A stretch of 45,171 nucleotides of DNA, taken from assembly GCA_034414335.1 (NCBI GenBank), contig DAOUMB010000068.1:1-45171 (forward strand). The letters are read 5' to 3'. Each line of letters opens with the position of its first letter. Position 1 is the stretch's first letter. The stretch comes from Dehalococcoidia bacterium. Lineage in GTDB: Bacteria > Chloroflexota > Dehalococcoidia > GIF9 > AB-539-J10. The notes beneath the pieces were generated by a model. It was not told where the DNA came from. It ran no database searches and saw only the letters and a list, made by a program, of their open reading frames with translations. Made by a program: the position numbers and the translations under genes. This document shows positions 1-8,511 of the stretch, piece by piece.

Positions 1-2
1 GT

Positions 3-695
3 CAAAAGACGTGGACCAGCTGCGCCTACCTAGCCCACTACTTTTACATGGTAGCCAGAACGGACCCCGAGGCAGCAAAGCACAGGGGGATCAGCGAGTT
101 TATAGTAGATGCCAAGGCCCCCGGGCTCAGTCGCATCCCCATGATTGATATTACCGGCACCGAGGCCTGGAGCGACCTCTTTTTTGACAATGTGCGCGTG
201 CACAAGAAGTATTTAATAGGAGAGAAAAACCGCGGCTTCTATCAAATTCTCCATCAGCTTGATTACGAGAGATGTGGCATGGAACGCATCATGGGCAATT
301 ATGCCCTCTTCGAAGCCATTGTGAAGTTCAGCAAGGAAAACAAATTGTCCCAGGACCCTATAATTCGCAATAAGCTGGCACAGCTTCAGATTGAATTTGA
401 GATCGGGCGTCTCCTTGGTTACAGGGTAGCGTCGGTCATGGAAGAAGGGCGGGCCCCTAACTGGGAATCCGCCATGTCCAAGGCCTATTCCACGGAATTT
501 GAGAAACGCCTGGCCAGCGCGGCTATGGAGATACTGGGTCCCTATGGGCAGTTGATGCCCGGCTCCAAGCTGGTCCCTATTCGTGGCCTGGCCTCACATT
601 CATACCTGGGCTCCAAGGGTTACAGTCTCCAGGGGGGGACAACCGAAATCTTGAAGAACATCCTGGCTACACGAGGACTGGGACTACCAAGCTAA
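3..695 (+). CDS. acyl-CoA dehydrogenase family protein, C-terminal part (5' end outside the window)
   Basis: The frame is open from nt 3 (QKTWTSCAYLAHYFYMVARTDPEAAKHRGISEFIVD...), upstream of the Met at 48 in the ORF track, so the gene is cut by the window edge. ACAD-like middle and C-terminal motifs are present (ARTD, GISEFIVD, LIGEKNRGF, C-terminal QGGTTEILKNILA). Confidence 0.85.
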   Translation, partial: QKTWTSCAYLAHYFYMVARTDPEAAKHRGISEFIVDAKAPGLSRIPMIDITGTEAWSDLFFDNVRVHKKYLIGEKNRGFYQILHQLDYERCGMERIMGNYALFEAIVKFSKENKLSQDPIIRNKLAQLQIEFEIGRLLGYRVASVMEEGRAPNWESAMSKAYSTEFEKRLASAAMEILGPYGQLMPGSKLVPIRGLASHSYLGSKGYSLQGGTTEILKNILATRGLGLPS

Positions 696-764
696 TCCCC
701 CTCCCTCTAGCTCCCTCCCACGAGGGGAGAGAGAACAGAATGAATTTTATGTGAGAGGTGTAAT

Positions 765-1886
765 ATGAGGTTAACTCTTACTGAAGAACAAGAAATGCTG
801 AAGAAGACAGCCCGCGACTTCTTGGCCGATAAGTGCCCTAAAAAATTCGTTAAACAGATGGAAGAGAGTGAGACAGGTTATTCAGCAGAATTATGGCAGG
901 AAATGGCCGAGCTGGGCTGGATGGGCCTGGTATTCCCGGACAAATATGGCGGCGGCGACATGAGTTTTCTCGACCTGGCGGTGCTATTAGAGGAGATGGG
1001 ACGCGCCTGTTTACCCGACCCTTTCTTCTCTACGGTGGTCCTTGGGGGTCTATCTATTCTGGATTTCGGCAGCGAGGAGCAAAAACAAGAATACCTGCCC
1101 GGGCTAATCCGCGGGGAGAAAATCCTTACCCTGGCCCTGAGCGAGCCCGGCTATCACAATTACGATGCCTCTGCAGTCAAGGTCGAAGCTACCCCTGACG
1201 ATGGCAGCTATATTATCAAGGGGACAAAACTGTTTGTCCCCGATGCTCATATTGCTGACCACCTGCTATGTGTGGCCAGGACCAGGCCTGACGGCGTTAC
1301 CATTTTCCTGGCGGACGCCAAGAGTCCGAAGATAAAATGCACCGTTCTAAATACCATCGCCGGCGATAAACTATGCGAGGTGGTTTTTAACCAGATGCCA
1401 GTACCTAAAGCTAACATTCTGGGACAGCCGGGCCAGGCAGGGAGCGCGGTGCAGAAGATAATCGAGCGGGCAGCAGTAGGAAAATGCTGCGAGATGGTCG
1501 GCAATATTCAGCAAGTACTGGAGATGACCATAGATTACGCTAAAGAAAGGAAGCAATTTGACCGTCCCATTGGCAGCTTCCAAGCCATACAGCACTATTG
1601 CGCGGACATGGCAACCGATGTTGACGGCGTCAGGTTCAGCACCTACCAGGCAGCGTGGATGCTAAGCGAAGGACTCCCCTGCAGCAAAGAAGTAGCCATA
1701 GCCAAGGCCTGGGCGGGCGAAGCCTCTCAGCGGGTCCTTTCTCTGGCACATCAGATACATGGGGCAATTGGCGTTACCATGGAACATGATTTGCATTTCT
1801 ACACCAGGCGAGCCAAAGCTGGAGAGCTTGCCTTTGGTGATGCCAATTTCTATCGAGAAATAGTGGCCAAAGAGATGGGATTGTGA
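765..1886 (+). CDS. acyl-CoA dehydrogenase family protein
   Basis: 373-aa ORF with a GAGAGGTG RBS about 6 nt upstream of the ATG. It has an ACAD-type N-terminus (LTEEQEMLKKTARDFL), GWMGLVFPDKYGG and RPIGSFQAIQH. The C-terminal motif reads FGDANFYREIV rather than GGTxEI. Confidence 0.85.
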   Translation: MRLTLTEEQEMLKKTARDFLADKCPKKFVKQMEESETGYSAELWQEMAELGWMGLVFPDKYGGGDMSFLDLAVLLEEMGRACLPDPFFSTVVLGGLSILDFGSEEQKQEYLPGLIRGEKILTLALSEPGYHNYDASAVKVEATPDDGSYIIKGTKLFVPDAHIADHLLCVARTRPDGVTIFLADAKSPKIKCTVLNTIAGDKLCEVVFNQMPVPKANILGQPGQAGSAVQKIIERAAVGKCCEMVGNIQQVLEMTIDYAKERKQFDRPIGSFQAIQHYCADMATDVDGVRFSTYQAAWMLSEGLPCSKEVAIAKAWAGEASQRVLSLAHQIHGAIGVTMEHDLHFYTRRAKAGELAFGDANFYREIVAKEMGL

Positions 1887-1926
1887 CCTTTCATTGGTAA
1901 CATATGGTGCCAGCACTTGAAGAGAG

Positions 1927-2556
1927 CTAGCCAAGGTCATTAAGCTTCGTTTCTAAGTTTTTCTGCCTCAAAGCTACTGTTAAATCTCCGCGGGTTCTTT
2001 CTATAATGCCCCTCATAGCATCTGTAGTTCGCCTTAAGCCATGAGCGAGCAATTCCGGGAAGTCCATAGTTATCAAGATTCCGTAGATTTCATCCATTAT
2101 GCCCAGCAGCTCTTCGCAACGGGAGAAGTCCCCCCGCCTTAGGCTATCCAGTATATGCCTCCTCAATTCACCCACGGATTCGCCCAATCCGTCAAGGTAG
2201 GCAGCATTGCTTACGCCCAGAGCGTCCGGCTTCAGCAAGTCTTCTCCAGCAATCAAAGCCAGGGTTATACATCCCTCGGCGAACTCCTTTTGAGCGTCAT
2301 GAACGAAACCCGAATGAAGCAACCTTCCATGCCTGGCTAGGTCATGGTCCAGTTCCTGAAGCAATTCACGAGCTGAATCAAGGCGTTGCTTTGCCTTATC
2401 CCATTCCTGACGATGCACTGCACGTACGGCCTCAGCGCTGTAGCGGATTACCTGACGGCAACTACGCAAGGCTTTCTCCCGCGCCCCATCCTCAGCAGCA
2501 AAATAGGGGCGCAGCTCCGCAGCAATAGCCTCCAAATCTTCTAATGGTTTTGACAT
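1927..2556 (-). CDS. translin/TRAX-family protein (predicted nucleic-acid binding or nuclease)
   Basis: 209 aa. It aligns by eye along its length with translin/TRAX, for example AAYLDGLGESVGELRRHILDSLRRGDFSRCEELL against eukaryotic EDYLSGVLILASELSRLSVNSVTAGDYSRP. An acidic E-x2-E motif (QKEFAEG) and an E-x3-E motif (GESVGE) are present. The gene overlaps thiE by 16 nt. Confidence 0.7.
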   Translation of the reverse strand: MSKPLEDLEAIAAELRPYFAAEDGAREKALRSCRQVIRYSAEAVRAVHRQEWDKAKQRLDSARELLQELDHDLARHGRLLHSGFVHDAQKEFAEGCITLALIAGEDLLKPDALGVSNAAYLDGLGESVGELRRHILDSLRRGDFSRCEELLGIMDEIYGILITMDFPELLAHGLRRTTDAMRGIIERTRGDLTVALRQKNLETKLNDLG

Positions 2557-3647
2557 TCTTCCCTCGCCAGATCCATCTTTGAAATCAGCCCCCGCACAGC
2601 TTCCTCAACATCCTCTTCACTCAGGACGGCGCTGATCACAGCGATAGCATCGGTGCCAGCAGCCACTACTTTGCCGATATTATTTCCGGTTATGCCGCCA
2701 ATAGCTACCACAGGGACGGAAACTGTTCGCTTAAGTTCTTTGAGCGTATCCAGTCCGACTACAGTGGCTCCCTCTTTCGTTGTCGTAGGAAACATGGACC
2801 CCACGGCAATATAATCTGCTCCTTCAGCCTGGGCTTTTGTGGCTTGAGATAATGTGGTGACGGAGCAGCCAACTATTTTATCTATGGGCAACTCCCTGCG
2901 GATTACGGGCAGGGGCAGGTCTTCCTGCCCAATGTGAAGGCCATCGGCATCAACAGCCATAGCCAGGTCCAGGTAATCATTTATTATAAATAGAACATCC
3001 AATTTACTACAGAGCTCCTTGAGCTTTTGCGCCACAAGCAGTAGTTCCCCCTTTTTGCTTCGCTTATCGCGAAGCTGGATTATCCGGGCACCTCCACGAA
3101 TGATTCGGCGGGCAATATCCAACTCATCCCAGCCAGCCAGAAATTGCCTGTCCAGAATAACGTAAAGCCCAAACATTCTTTCCATTTTGTCACGTCGTGA
3201 TATTTTGGAAACTAAATCCTGCTCCAGGGTATAAAGGGCAAATCTCGCCTGCTCGAATCTGGCTGAATTCAGCATTGAACTTATCTCCGGCAATTTAGCC
3301 AGCTCCTCCATCACGCGAAGAGATTCTTCCACCCTCCTGGCATTGGCTGTAACCAGGTCAGCCAAGCCCTGCAGCGAGGTTGCTTCCATAGTCAGGTCTC
3401 GCTTCCTTGAAGAGGAAGGGATAGAGTGAGGGCGACCGATGTCGTGTTCGGAATCCCGTTGAGACAAGAGCCCTCTGCGCAGTGATTTAGTCTCCTGTGC
3501 CAAATCATGGCGTAGAGCCTTTAACTGCTGGCTCAGCTCATCATCATTGAGAAGAAAGCGAGCGACATCCTCCAAAACCCGCAAGCCTTCGCTGGAGCGG
3601 TTCAGATTGGCATCAATCATACGCAGCGGTCGGCGAGGCACTGTCAA
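2541..3647 (-). CDS. thiE: thiamine-phosphate synthase with an N-terminal extension of about 150 aa
   Basis: The C-terminal ~210 aa carry ThiE/TMP-synthase motifs (LYVILD, IIQLRDK, LFIINDYLDLAMAVDADGLHIGQEDLP, GADYIAVGSMFPTTTK, VVAIGGI). The N-terminal domain (IDANLNRSSEGLRVLEDVARF) is an extra module. An alternative start ATG at 3620 (MIDANLNR) overlaps the upstream stop as ATGATTGA. Confidence 0.85.
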   Translation of the reverse strand: MTVPRRPLRMIDANLNRSSEGLRVLEDVARFLLNDDELSQQLKALRHDLAQETKSLRRGLLSQRDSEHDIGRPHSIPSSSRKRDLTMEATSLQGLADLVTANARRVEESLRVMEELAKLPEISSMLNSARFEQARFALYTLEQDLVSKISRRDKMERMFGLYVILDRQFLAGWDELDIARRIIRGGARIIQLRDKRSKKGELLLVAQKLKELCSKLDVLFIINDYLDLAMAVDADGLHIGQEDLPLPVIRRELPIDKIVGCSVTTLSQATKAQAEGADYIAVGSMFPTTTKEGATVVGLDTLKELKRTVSVPVVAIGGITGNNIGKVVAAGTDAIAVISAVLSEEDVEEAVRGLISKMDLAREECQNH

Positions 3648-3987
3648 GGTCCCTCAATGGCTCGGGCAACACACCTTCCCTGGCGGCTTGTATCTGTTCC
3701 TGGACCTGGGACGGCATCTCTTGCCCCATGTCCTTGAATCTCTTTTCCACCCAGCGGCCGATATTCCGGGGGTCTTTATAATAGTCAGGGGCGGGATTCG
3801 CTGTCGGCTCACCACTTTCTTCCCAAACGGTCTGCAATGATTTATGGTAAGCGAAGCTCGATACAGCGCGGTATAAATCGGTGCCGCCGCAAAACGAACA
3901 TTTATGGACAACGGAAGCAGAAGCATCCCGTATGAGAAAGCTCGATTTTCTACGGCAATTCTGACAGATAAATTCATAGATAGGCAT
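3613..3987 (-). CDS. FmdB-family zinc-ribbon protein (CxxC...CxxC)
   Basis: MPIYEFICQNC...CSFCGG is the typical FmdB/CxxC_CxxC_SSSS N-terminus. I trimmed the start to the ATG at 3987, which has a GAGGTG RBS and lies 9 nt after the upstream stop. The ORF-track start at 3999 would overlap the upstream gene. Confidence 0.75.
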   Translation of the reverse strand: MPIYEFICQNCRRKSSFLIRDASASVVHKCSFCGGTDLYRAVSSFAYHKSLQTVWEESGEPTANPAPDYYKDPRNIGRWVEKRFKDMGQEMPSQVQEQIQAAREGVLPEPLRDLDSASPTAAYD

Positions 3988-3995
3988 GGCCCACC

Positions 3996-4379
3996 TCAAT
4001 CATTCGTTTCGGGTTTGCTTGGCTCTTTGCCGAAGAACTCCTCCTTTTTCTCCTGCAGCTGTTTTAGAGGCCATTCCCCCCTCTCCATCCTATCAGTTAT
4101 CTCTTCATATTCAGGGGGAGATTTTTCCCCACCAGTCATTCGTTTATTCCACTCAGCCATTGCCCTGGGATCATTTTTCAGCATACCCTGAGTCAGCTCT
4201 CGGTCAGAAAGTATGTCTTCATACACATCTTTGGTAGTTTTGTGCATGGCAAAGGTGGAAAATACTCGCTTTAGATTGCTATTTCCACAGCGAGGACAGC
4301 GGGCTGGAGAGGAAAAGTCCTGTTTGTACACGCTAATCTTTCGCTGGCAAGAGCCACACCAATATTCATAAATAGGCAT
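3996..4379 (-). CDS. FmdB-family zinc-ribbon protein, paralog of the downstream gene
   Basis: MPIYEYWCGSC...CPRCGNSNLKRVFSTF shows the same N-terminal zinc-ribbon architecture as the 3613-3987 gene. Confidence 0.75.
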   Translation of the reverse strand: MPIYEYWCGSCQRKISVYKQDFSSPARCPRCGNSNLKRVFSTFAMHKTTKDVYEDILSDRELTQGMLKNDPRAMAEWNKRMTGGEKSPPEYEEITDRMERGEWPLKQLQEKKEEFFGKEPSKPETND

Positions 4380-4711
4380 CTTTGCTTCTTCAGGTGCTAT
4401 TTTGCCTCAATTACACACCCCGATTTTAGCACACTAATTCGTATTAATAAAAACTAACTTCCCCGGCGCCCACTCCTATATCAAAGCTCTTCACCATCGG
4501 GCATCTCTGCCATTTAGGGTCAAAAGCTCTGACTATGATGGGTTTCCTTTCTTATACTACGACATTTATGACAATAATCCCTGCCATATGACTTCCTCTC
4601 AAGTTTATTGGGATTTCTTGGCCTGACATAGTGTCCAGCTGTTCCGCCGTCGAGGATGATATACTATGGACTAGCATTGCGGAAGAACTAAGCTATTATA
4701 AGAAGGTTACT

Positions 4712-6781
4712 ATGGAAGATCCCACAGAGCTGCATATCGAGCAACGGTGGGTTACAATCCCATGTGGCATGTGTCATAACGGATGTGGAATCAGAGTGCA
4801 TGTCAAAAAAGGTAAAATCGTTGGTGTTGAGGGATGGCCTGAGCATCCGTATAGCCGGGGAAGGATTTGTGTTAAAGCCCGTCAAATTCCCGAGCATGTA
4901 CACCACGATGCCAGGCTTAAGTATCCTCTCAGGAAAGAAAAAGGAGAGTGGCACAGAATATCTTGGGACGAAGCCTTAGATACCATAGCAAGTAAATTGA
5001 CTGAGGGCAAGGAAAAGTATGGCGCTGCCTCGTTTGGTGTTTTTTGTGGCGACCCAGTAGAGCTGGGTGCTGCCTTAGGCGGTGGCTTAGCATGGCGATT
5101 CTGCGACGTTTATGGCACTCCCTACAACTTTCATGCAGCTGATATGTGTTTTCTCCCGGTGGCGATGGCACAGGTAGCGACATTAGGTAGTCCCTATGAG
5201 CCTGATGTGGAAAACTCCAGTTGCATAATAGTGTGGGCTGATGACCCACAAGAGACTTACCATGTAGTTGATGCTCGGATTCGCAATGCCAAAAAAAGAG
5301 GGGCCAAGCTCATCATTATTGACCCCAGACGAATACCCCTAACCAGACATGCTGATATACATATCAGGCCAAGGCTGGCTACAGACGGCATTATTCTCCT
5401 GGCAATGATAAATACCATAATCTCGGAACACCTGTATGATAGGGAGTTTGTGGAGAACTGGACTGTAGGCTTTGACAAACTTGCCGACCATGTCAAGCAG
5501 TATACGCCGGAAGAGGCTGAGCGAATCTCTGGCGTGGCAGCGGAAGACATTAAGAAAATCAGCCGGATGTATGCTGGCACCAAACCTGCCTCCATACAAC
5601 CTGGTTTCAAGCTCCACCAATGCCAGTGCGGTTTTCAAAACTGTCGTTCCCTGGCAATACTATCCGCCATAACCGGTAATCTCCAGGTGCCTGGCGGAGA
5701 TTTAAAGTGGTTTAGTCTTCCTATAAGAAACATCAGGCTCCCAGAACTAATGCGAGGAGTAAAGAAGCAAGTGATTGGTAACTACCCGCTATATACTGTC
5801 CTGCCACATTTTCAGCCTGGTTGCACGGTTAATTGGGGAGACCTGGTATTAAATGAACCCCAGCAACTCAGAAATGTAATCATAGCGGGGGCGAATCCTG
5901 CTGTTACCTGGCCCAATGCGACAAAGGTTAGAAAGGCTCTGGACAAGCTCGATTTTTTAGTAGTTATGGATATCAAGATGACAGCCACAGCTCAGATGGC
6001 TGATATTGTGCTTCCAGCTTGCACGTTTTTGGAAAAGCTAGCGCCTGTCACATGGCGTGGCTGGTTCCTGCGCAGACCGGTAATCGAGCCACAGTGGGAA
6101 TCCTGGCCTGATTCCAAATTCTGGCTCAGTCTGGCCAGAAGGGTGGGCTACGAGCAGTACTTTCCCTGGAAGAGTGACGAGGAGATTGTAGATTACTGTT
6201 ATGAGCCGGCCGGATTGACTGTCAAGAAAATCTTGGAGTTGTATCCTGAAGGTTACATACATCCTCAGGCCATCTCTGGTGAACGTCAGTACAAGCAAGA
6301 GGGGTTCCGGACACGGTCAGGAAAAGTGGAGCTTTACTCTGATCGACTGGCAAAGGTTGGGATTGATCCGTTACCCACTTATCTTGAGCCCAGGGAGAGT
6401 CCGCTCAACACCCCGGAGCTTTTCGAAGAATTTCCCTTAGTCTTGACTACCGGCAGGAGGGAAATAGAATATTACCACTCGGAGCAGCGCCACCTGAACA
6501 GGCTACGCCGCCGAAATCCAGAGCCCCTAGCCCATATTCACCCCGATACGGCAGCCAAATATAGAATCACTGATGGTGAGCCTATGATCATCGAGACTAA
6601 GATAGGTAATCTGCAGATCAAGGCTAAAGTCACCAATGAAATCATGCGGGACATGATTTCTGTCCCTCACGGTTGGGAGGATGCCTCCGAAAATATGCTG
6701 ACTGATGACACACCTGCTGATCCTGTATCAGGGTATGTGGCACTTACCGGATTGCTGTGCCGGGTCAGGATGAAGACCTAG
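4712..6781 (+). CDS. molybdopterin (bis-MGD) oxidoreductase, DMSO-reductase superfamily, apparently cytoplasmic
   Basis: It has an N-terminal 4Fe-4S motif C-x2-C-x3-C-x27-C (CGMCHNGCGIRVH...GRICVKA). Length and layout are typical of catalytic subunits of this superfamily. The ORF-track GTG at 4631 has no RBS, whereas the ATG at 4712 is preceded by AAGAAGG. There is no twin-arginine signal and no in-frame TGA. Confidence 0.8.
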   Translation: MEDPTELHIEQRWVTIPCGMCHNGCGIRVHVKKGKIVGVEGWPEHPYSRGRICVKARQIPEHVHHDARLKYPLRKEKGEWHRISWDEALDTIASKLTEGKEKYGAASFGVFCGDPVELGAALGGGLAWRFCDVYGTPYNFHAADMCFLPVAMAQVATLGSPYEPDVENSSCIIVWADDPQETYHVVDARIRNAKKRGAKLIIIDPRRIPLTRHADIHIRPRLATDGIILLAMINTIISEHLYDREFVENWTVGFDKLADHVKQYTPEEAERISGVAAEDIKKISRMYAGTKPASIQPGFKLHQCQCGFQNCRSLAILSAITGNLQVPGGDLKWFSLPIRNIRLPELMRGVKKQVIGNYPLYTVLPHFQPGCTVNWGDLVLNEPQQLRNVIIAGANPAVTWPNATKVRKALDKLDFLVVMDIKMTATAQMADIVLPACTFLEKLAPVTWRGWFLRRPVIEPQWESWPDSKFWLSLARRVGYEQYFPWKSDEEIVDYCYEPAGLTVKKILELYPEGYIHPQAISGERQYKQEGFRTRSGKVELYSDRLAKVGIDPLPTYLEPRESPLNTPELFEEFPLVLTTGRREIEYYHSEQRHLNRLRRRNPEPLAHIHPDTAAKYRITDGEPMIIETKIGNLQIKAKVTNEIMRDMISVPHGWEDASENMLTDDTPADPVSGYVALTGLLCRVRMKT

Positions 6782-6900
6782 ATGTAACAGAGCATCGAGA
6801 GCCACTCAACGCGCCAAATGCGGAGCAAAACGACCTAAGACATAATTGTGGGACCGAATTAGATTGTTTACACACAAGGCTTCATCCCTCTTGGGAGCTT

Positions 6901-7286
6901 CTATTCTCCGACCTTGAATTCCCATATGCAGGCGACTTCCTCTTGGCTCCGCCGAGGAGGTAATTTGAGAGCTTTTATCTGGATACTCGGATTGAAATAA
7001 TCGGCGTAGTCTCCGAACACCTTAGGTTCTACAACTTTGCAAATCGTTTCCTCATGCCCCCTTCCCTCCCTTTCAAAAGAAACCAACACAGACAATCAAC
7101 GAAGGTTAGTATGACATGATTCCGGTTTTTCACTTCTACTCTGTGTTTGGCATTCCATATCCACGGCTCTAGCTGAAATGCTTTTATTAAGCTAACCACG
7201 TCTTTACCCTGGACTTTCATTGCCTTAGTGATTTTATCAAGTTCATGTAACAGTGCTAGCCGACACCATTGAGAAGACGGTCGCAT
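6901..7286 (-). pseudogene. possible frameshift-disrupted gene of unknown function (two overlapping ORFs in different frames)
   Basis: ORFs 7029-7286 and 6901-7095 overlap by 67 nt on the same strand. Read across one frame change they would give about 128 aa of non-repetitive sequence (..HVILTFVDC / SVLVSFEREGRGHEETICKV...ACIWEFKVGE). I could not assign a family. Confidence 0.3.
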
Positions 7287-7398
7287 TATTGACTCTGTTT
7301 TTCGACTGTTTATCAGATGCTCCTGAGGGCTCGGAGAGCCTTGATAAGGTCACACATCGACGTTACATGCATAACCTACAACATGGGGAGTAATGCAA

Positions 7399-8274
7399 CT
7401 AGAGAAATGGTAATAAACACTTGGATATCAGTTTCCGGTGCGAATCCAATTTTCCACAAAAAGCTAAGTCTTGTCGTTCAAAATTGGCATCTAACTGTAT
7501 TATTATTCTCAGCCCGAGTACTCTCCATAGAAACGCCCAAGGGAGGACGGGAAAATCCCTTTGAAGCTTATACCCAAGATCGAACTTTTGCCCATATCTG
7601 GCCTGGACTTCTCTTTTTTTCGCTTTCATTTGTTCCTTTGCAATCTTACTTTTCCTGGCAGGGTGAACCATATTAGCAGATAAAACCCTGCTTACCGACT
7701 TGAATCTTGCACCAACCTTAGCTATTCTCAACCAGTATTCGTAGTCCATTACAAAATCTGAGTTGACATCCAACTGATTGCTCTGGATTATTCTTCTTCT
7801 GAAGAAGGTCGCTGATTGGATAACGCAATCATGACAAAGGAGCCGCTTGTAACTGACCCAAGGAAAGGAAGGCCGAATCTTGAAAATCAAGTTGTCTTCA
7901 GTCATCGAGACATTACTCCCGTGTATTACATCAACATCGCGGCAGGATTCGAATTGCTCTACGATATAAGAAATCACTTGCTTATCAAAATAAACATCGT
8001 CAGAATTAAGCCACCCAACTATTTCTCCTGCCGACCTCCTGAATCCTTTATTAATGGCGTCTGATTGTCCGTTATCCGGTTCAGAAATCCATGTTAAACT
8101 GTATTCATTTGCATGCTTTCCTAAGATTTCCAGTGTATTGTCAGTTGATCCTCCGTCTACAACTATATGTTCGATATTTGGATAGTCCTGATTCTTCACG
8201 CTCAACAGAGTATCCTCGATGAACCTGCCCTGGTAAGGGGTTACGGCGGAAACTAAAGGCCTGTTGCTGCTCAT
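7399..8274 (-). CDS. family 2 glycosyltransferase
   Basis: The N-terminus is GT2-type: SAVTPYQGRFIEDTLLSVKNQDYPNIEHIVVDGGSTDNT, followed by a DD motif (WLNSDDVY). Confidence 0.85.
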   Translation of the reverse strand: MSSNRPLVSAVTPYQGRFIEDTLLSVKNQDYPNIEHIVVDGGSTDNTLEILGKHANEYSLTWISEPDNGQSDAINKGFRRSAGEIVGWLNSDDVYFDKQVISYIVEQFESCRDVDVIHGSNVSMTEDNLIFKIRPSFPWVSYKRLLCHDCVIQSATFFRRRIIQSNQLDVNSDFVMDYEYWLRIAKVGARFKSVSRVLSANMVHPARKSKIAKEQMKAKKREVQARYGQKFDLGYKLQRDFPVLPWAFLWRVLGLRIIIQLDANFERQDLAFCGKLDSHRKLISKCLLPFL

Positions 8275-8511
8275 CTTACAGGCCTTTTCTCGAAGAGTTG
8301 AAGCTTTCTGACTTGATATTTCCTCTTTTCATCCTAAGATTTGCTTTTGGTATTTTTTCTCAATTCCTTTTCGAGTTCTGGCAATCCGCTAAAGTCGTTC
8401 TCTTGTCCGCGCGGGTCCTTCCTGAGGTTACGGAGTTCTTATTTCTCGATTATCCTGTAGAGCTGCAACGGTTTGCCCTTAAGCTTTTTATGATTGTTGA
8501 AAGAATAGTGT

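Noticed and set aside
893-1940. Alternative-frame and antisense ORFs inside the second ACAD gene (893-1198, 1247-1504, 1371-1595, 1662-1940). Similar nested ORFs occur throughout the track, for example 4688-5638, 26732-27844 and 32326-34094.
   Set aside because: They are fully embedded in genes with strong family signatures and their composition is typical of off-frame translation. I found no independent support.
2541-4711. I looked for a TPP riboswitch upstream of thiE and for a Moco-type leader upstream of the molybdoenzyme gene.
   Set aside because: thiE is preceded directly by coding sequence. The 4380-4711 spacer shows no CTGAGA/ACCTGA-type TPP core on either strand, and I could recognise no Moco motif by eye. 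A covariance-model scan would settle this.
6757-6963. 68-aa plus-strand ORF overlapping the end of the molybdoenzyme gene.
   Set aside because: It overlaps the 3' end of a well-supported gene in another frame, has no RBS and shows no recognisable motif. The minus-strand disrupted ORF explains the region better.
7317-7676. 119-aa plus-strand ORF overlapping the 3' end of the GT2 gene, and the 8298-8570 ORF (non-ATG start) in the GT2-fcl spacer.
   Set aside because: There is no RBS and the sequences are hydrophobic and low in complexity. The first is antisense to a well-supported gene. The second overlaps the fcl 3' end and has a non-ATG start.
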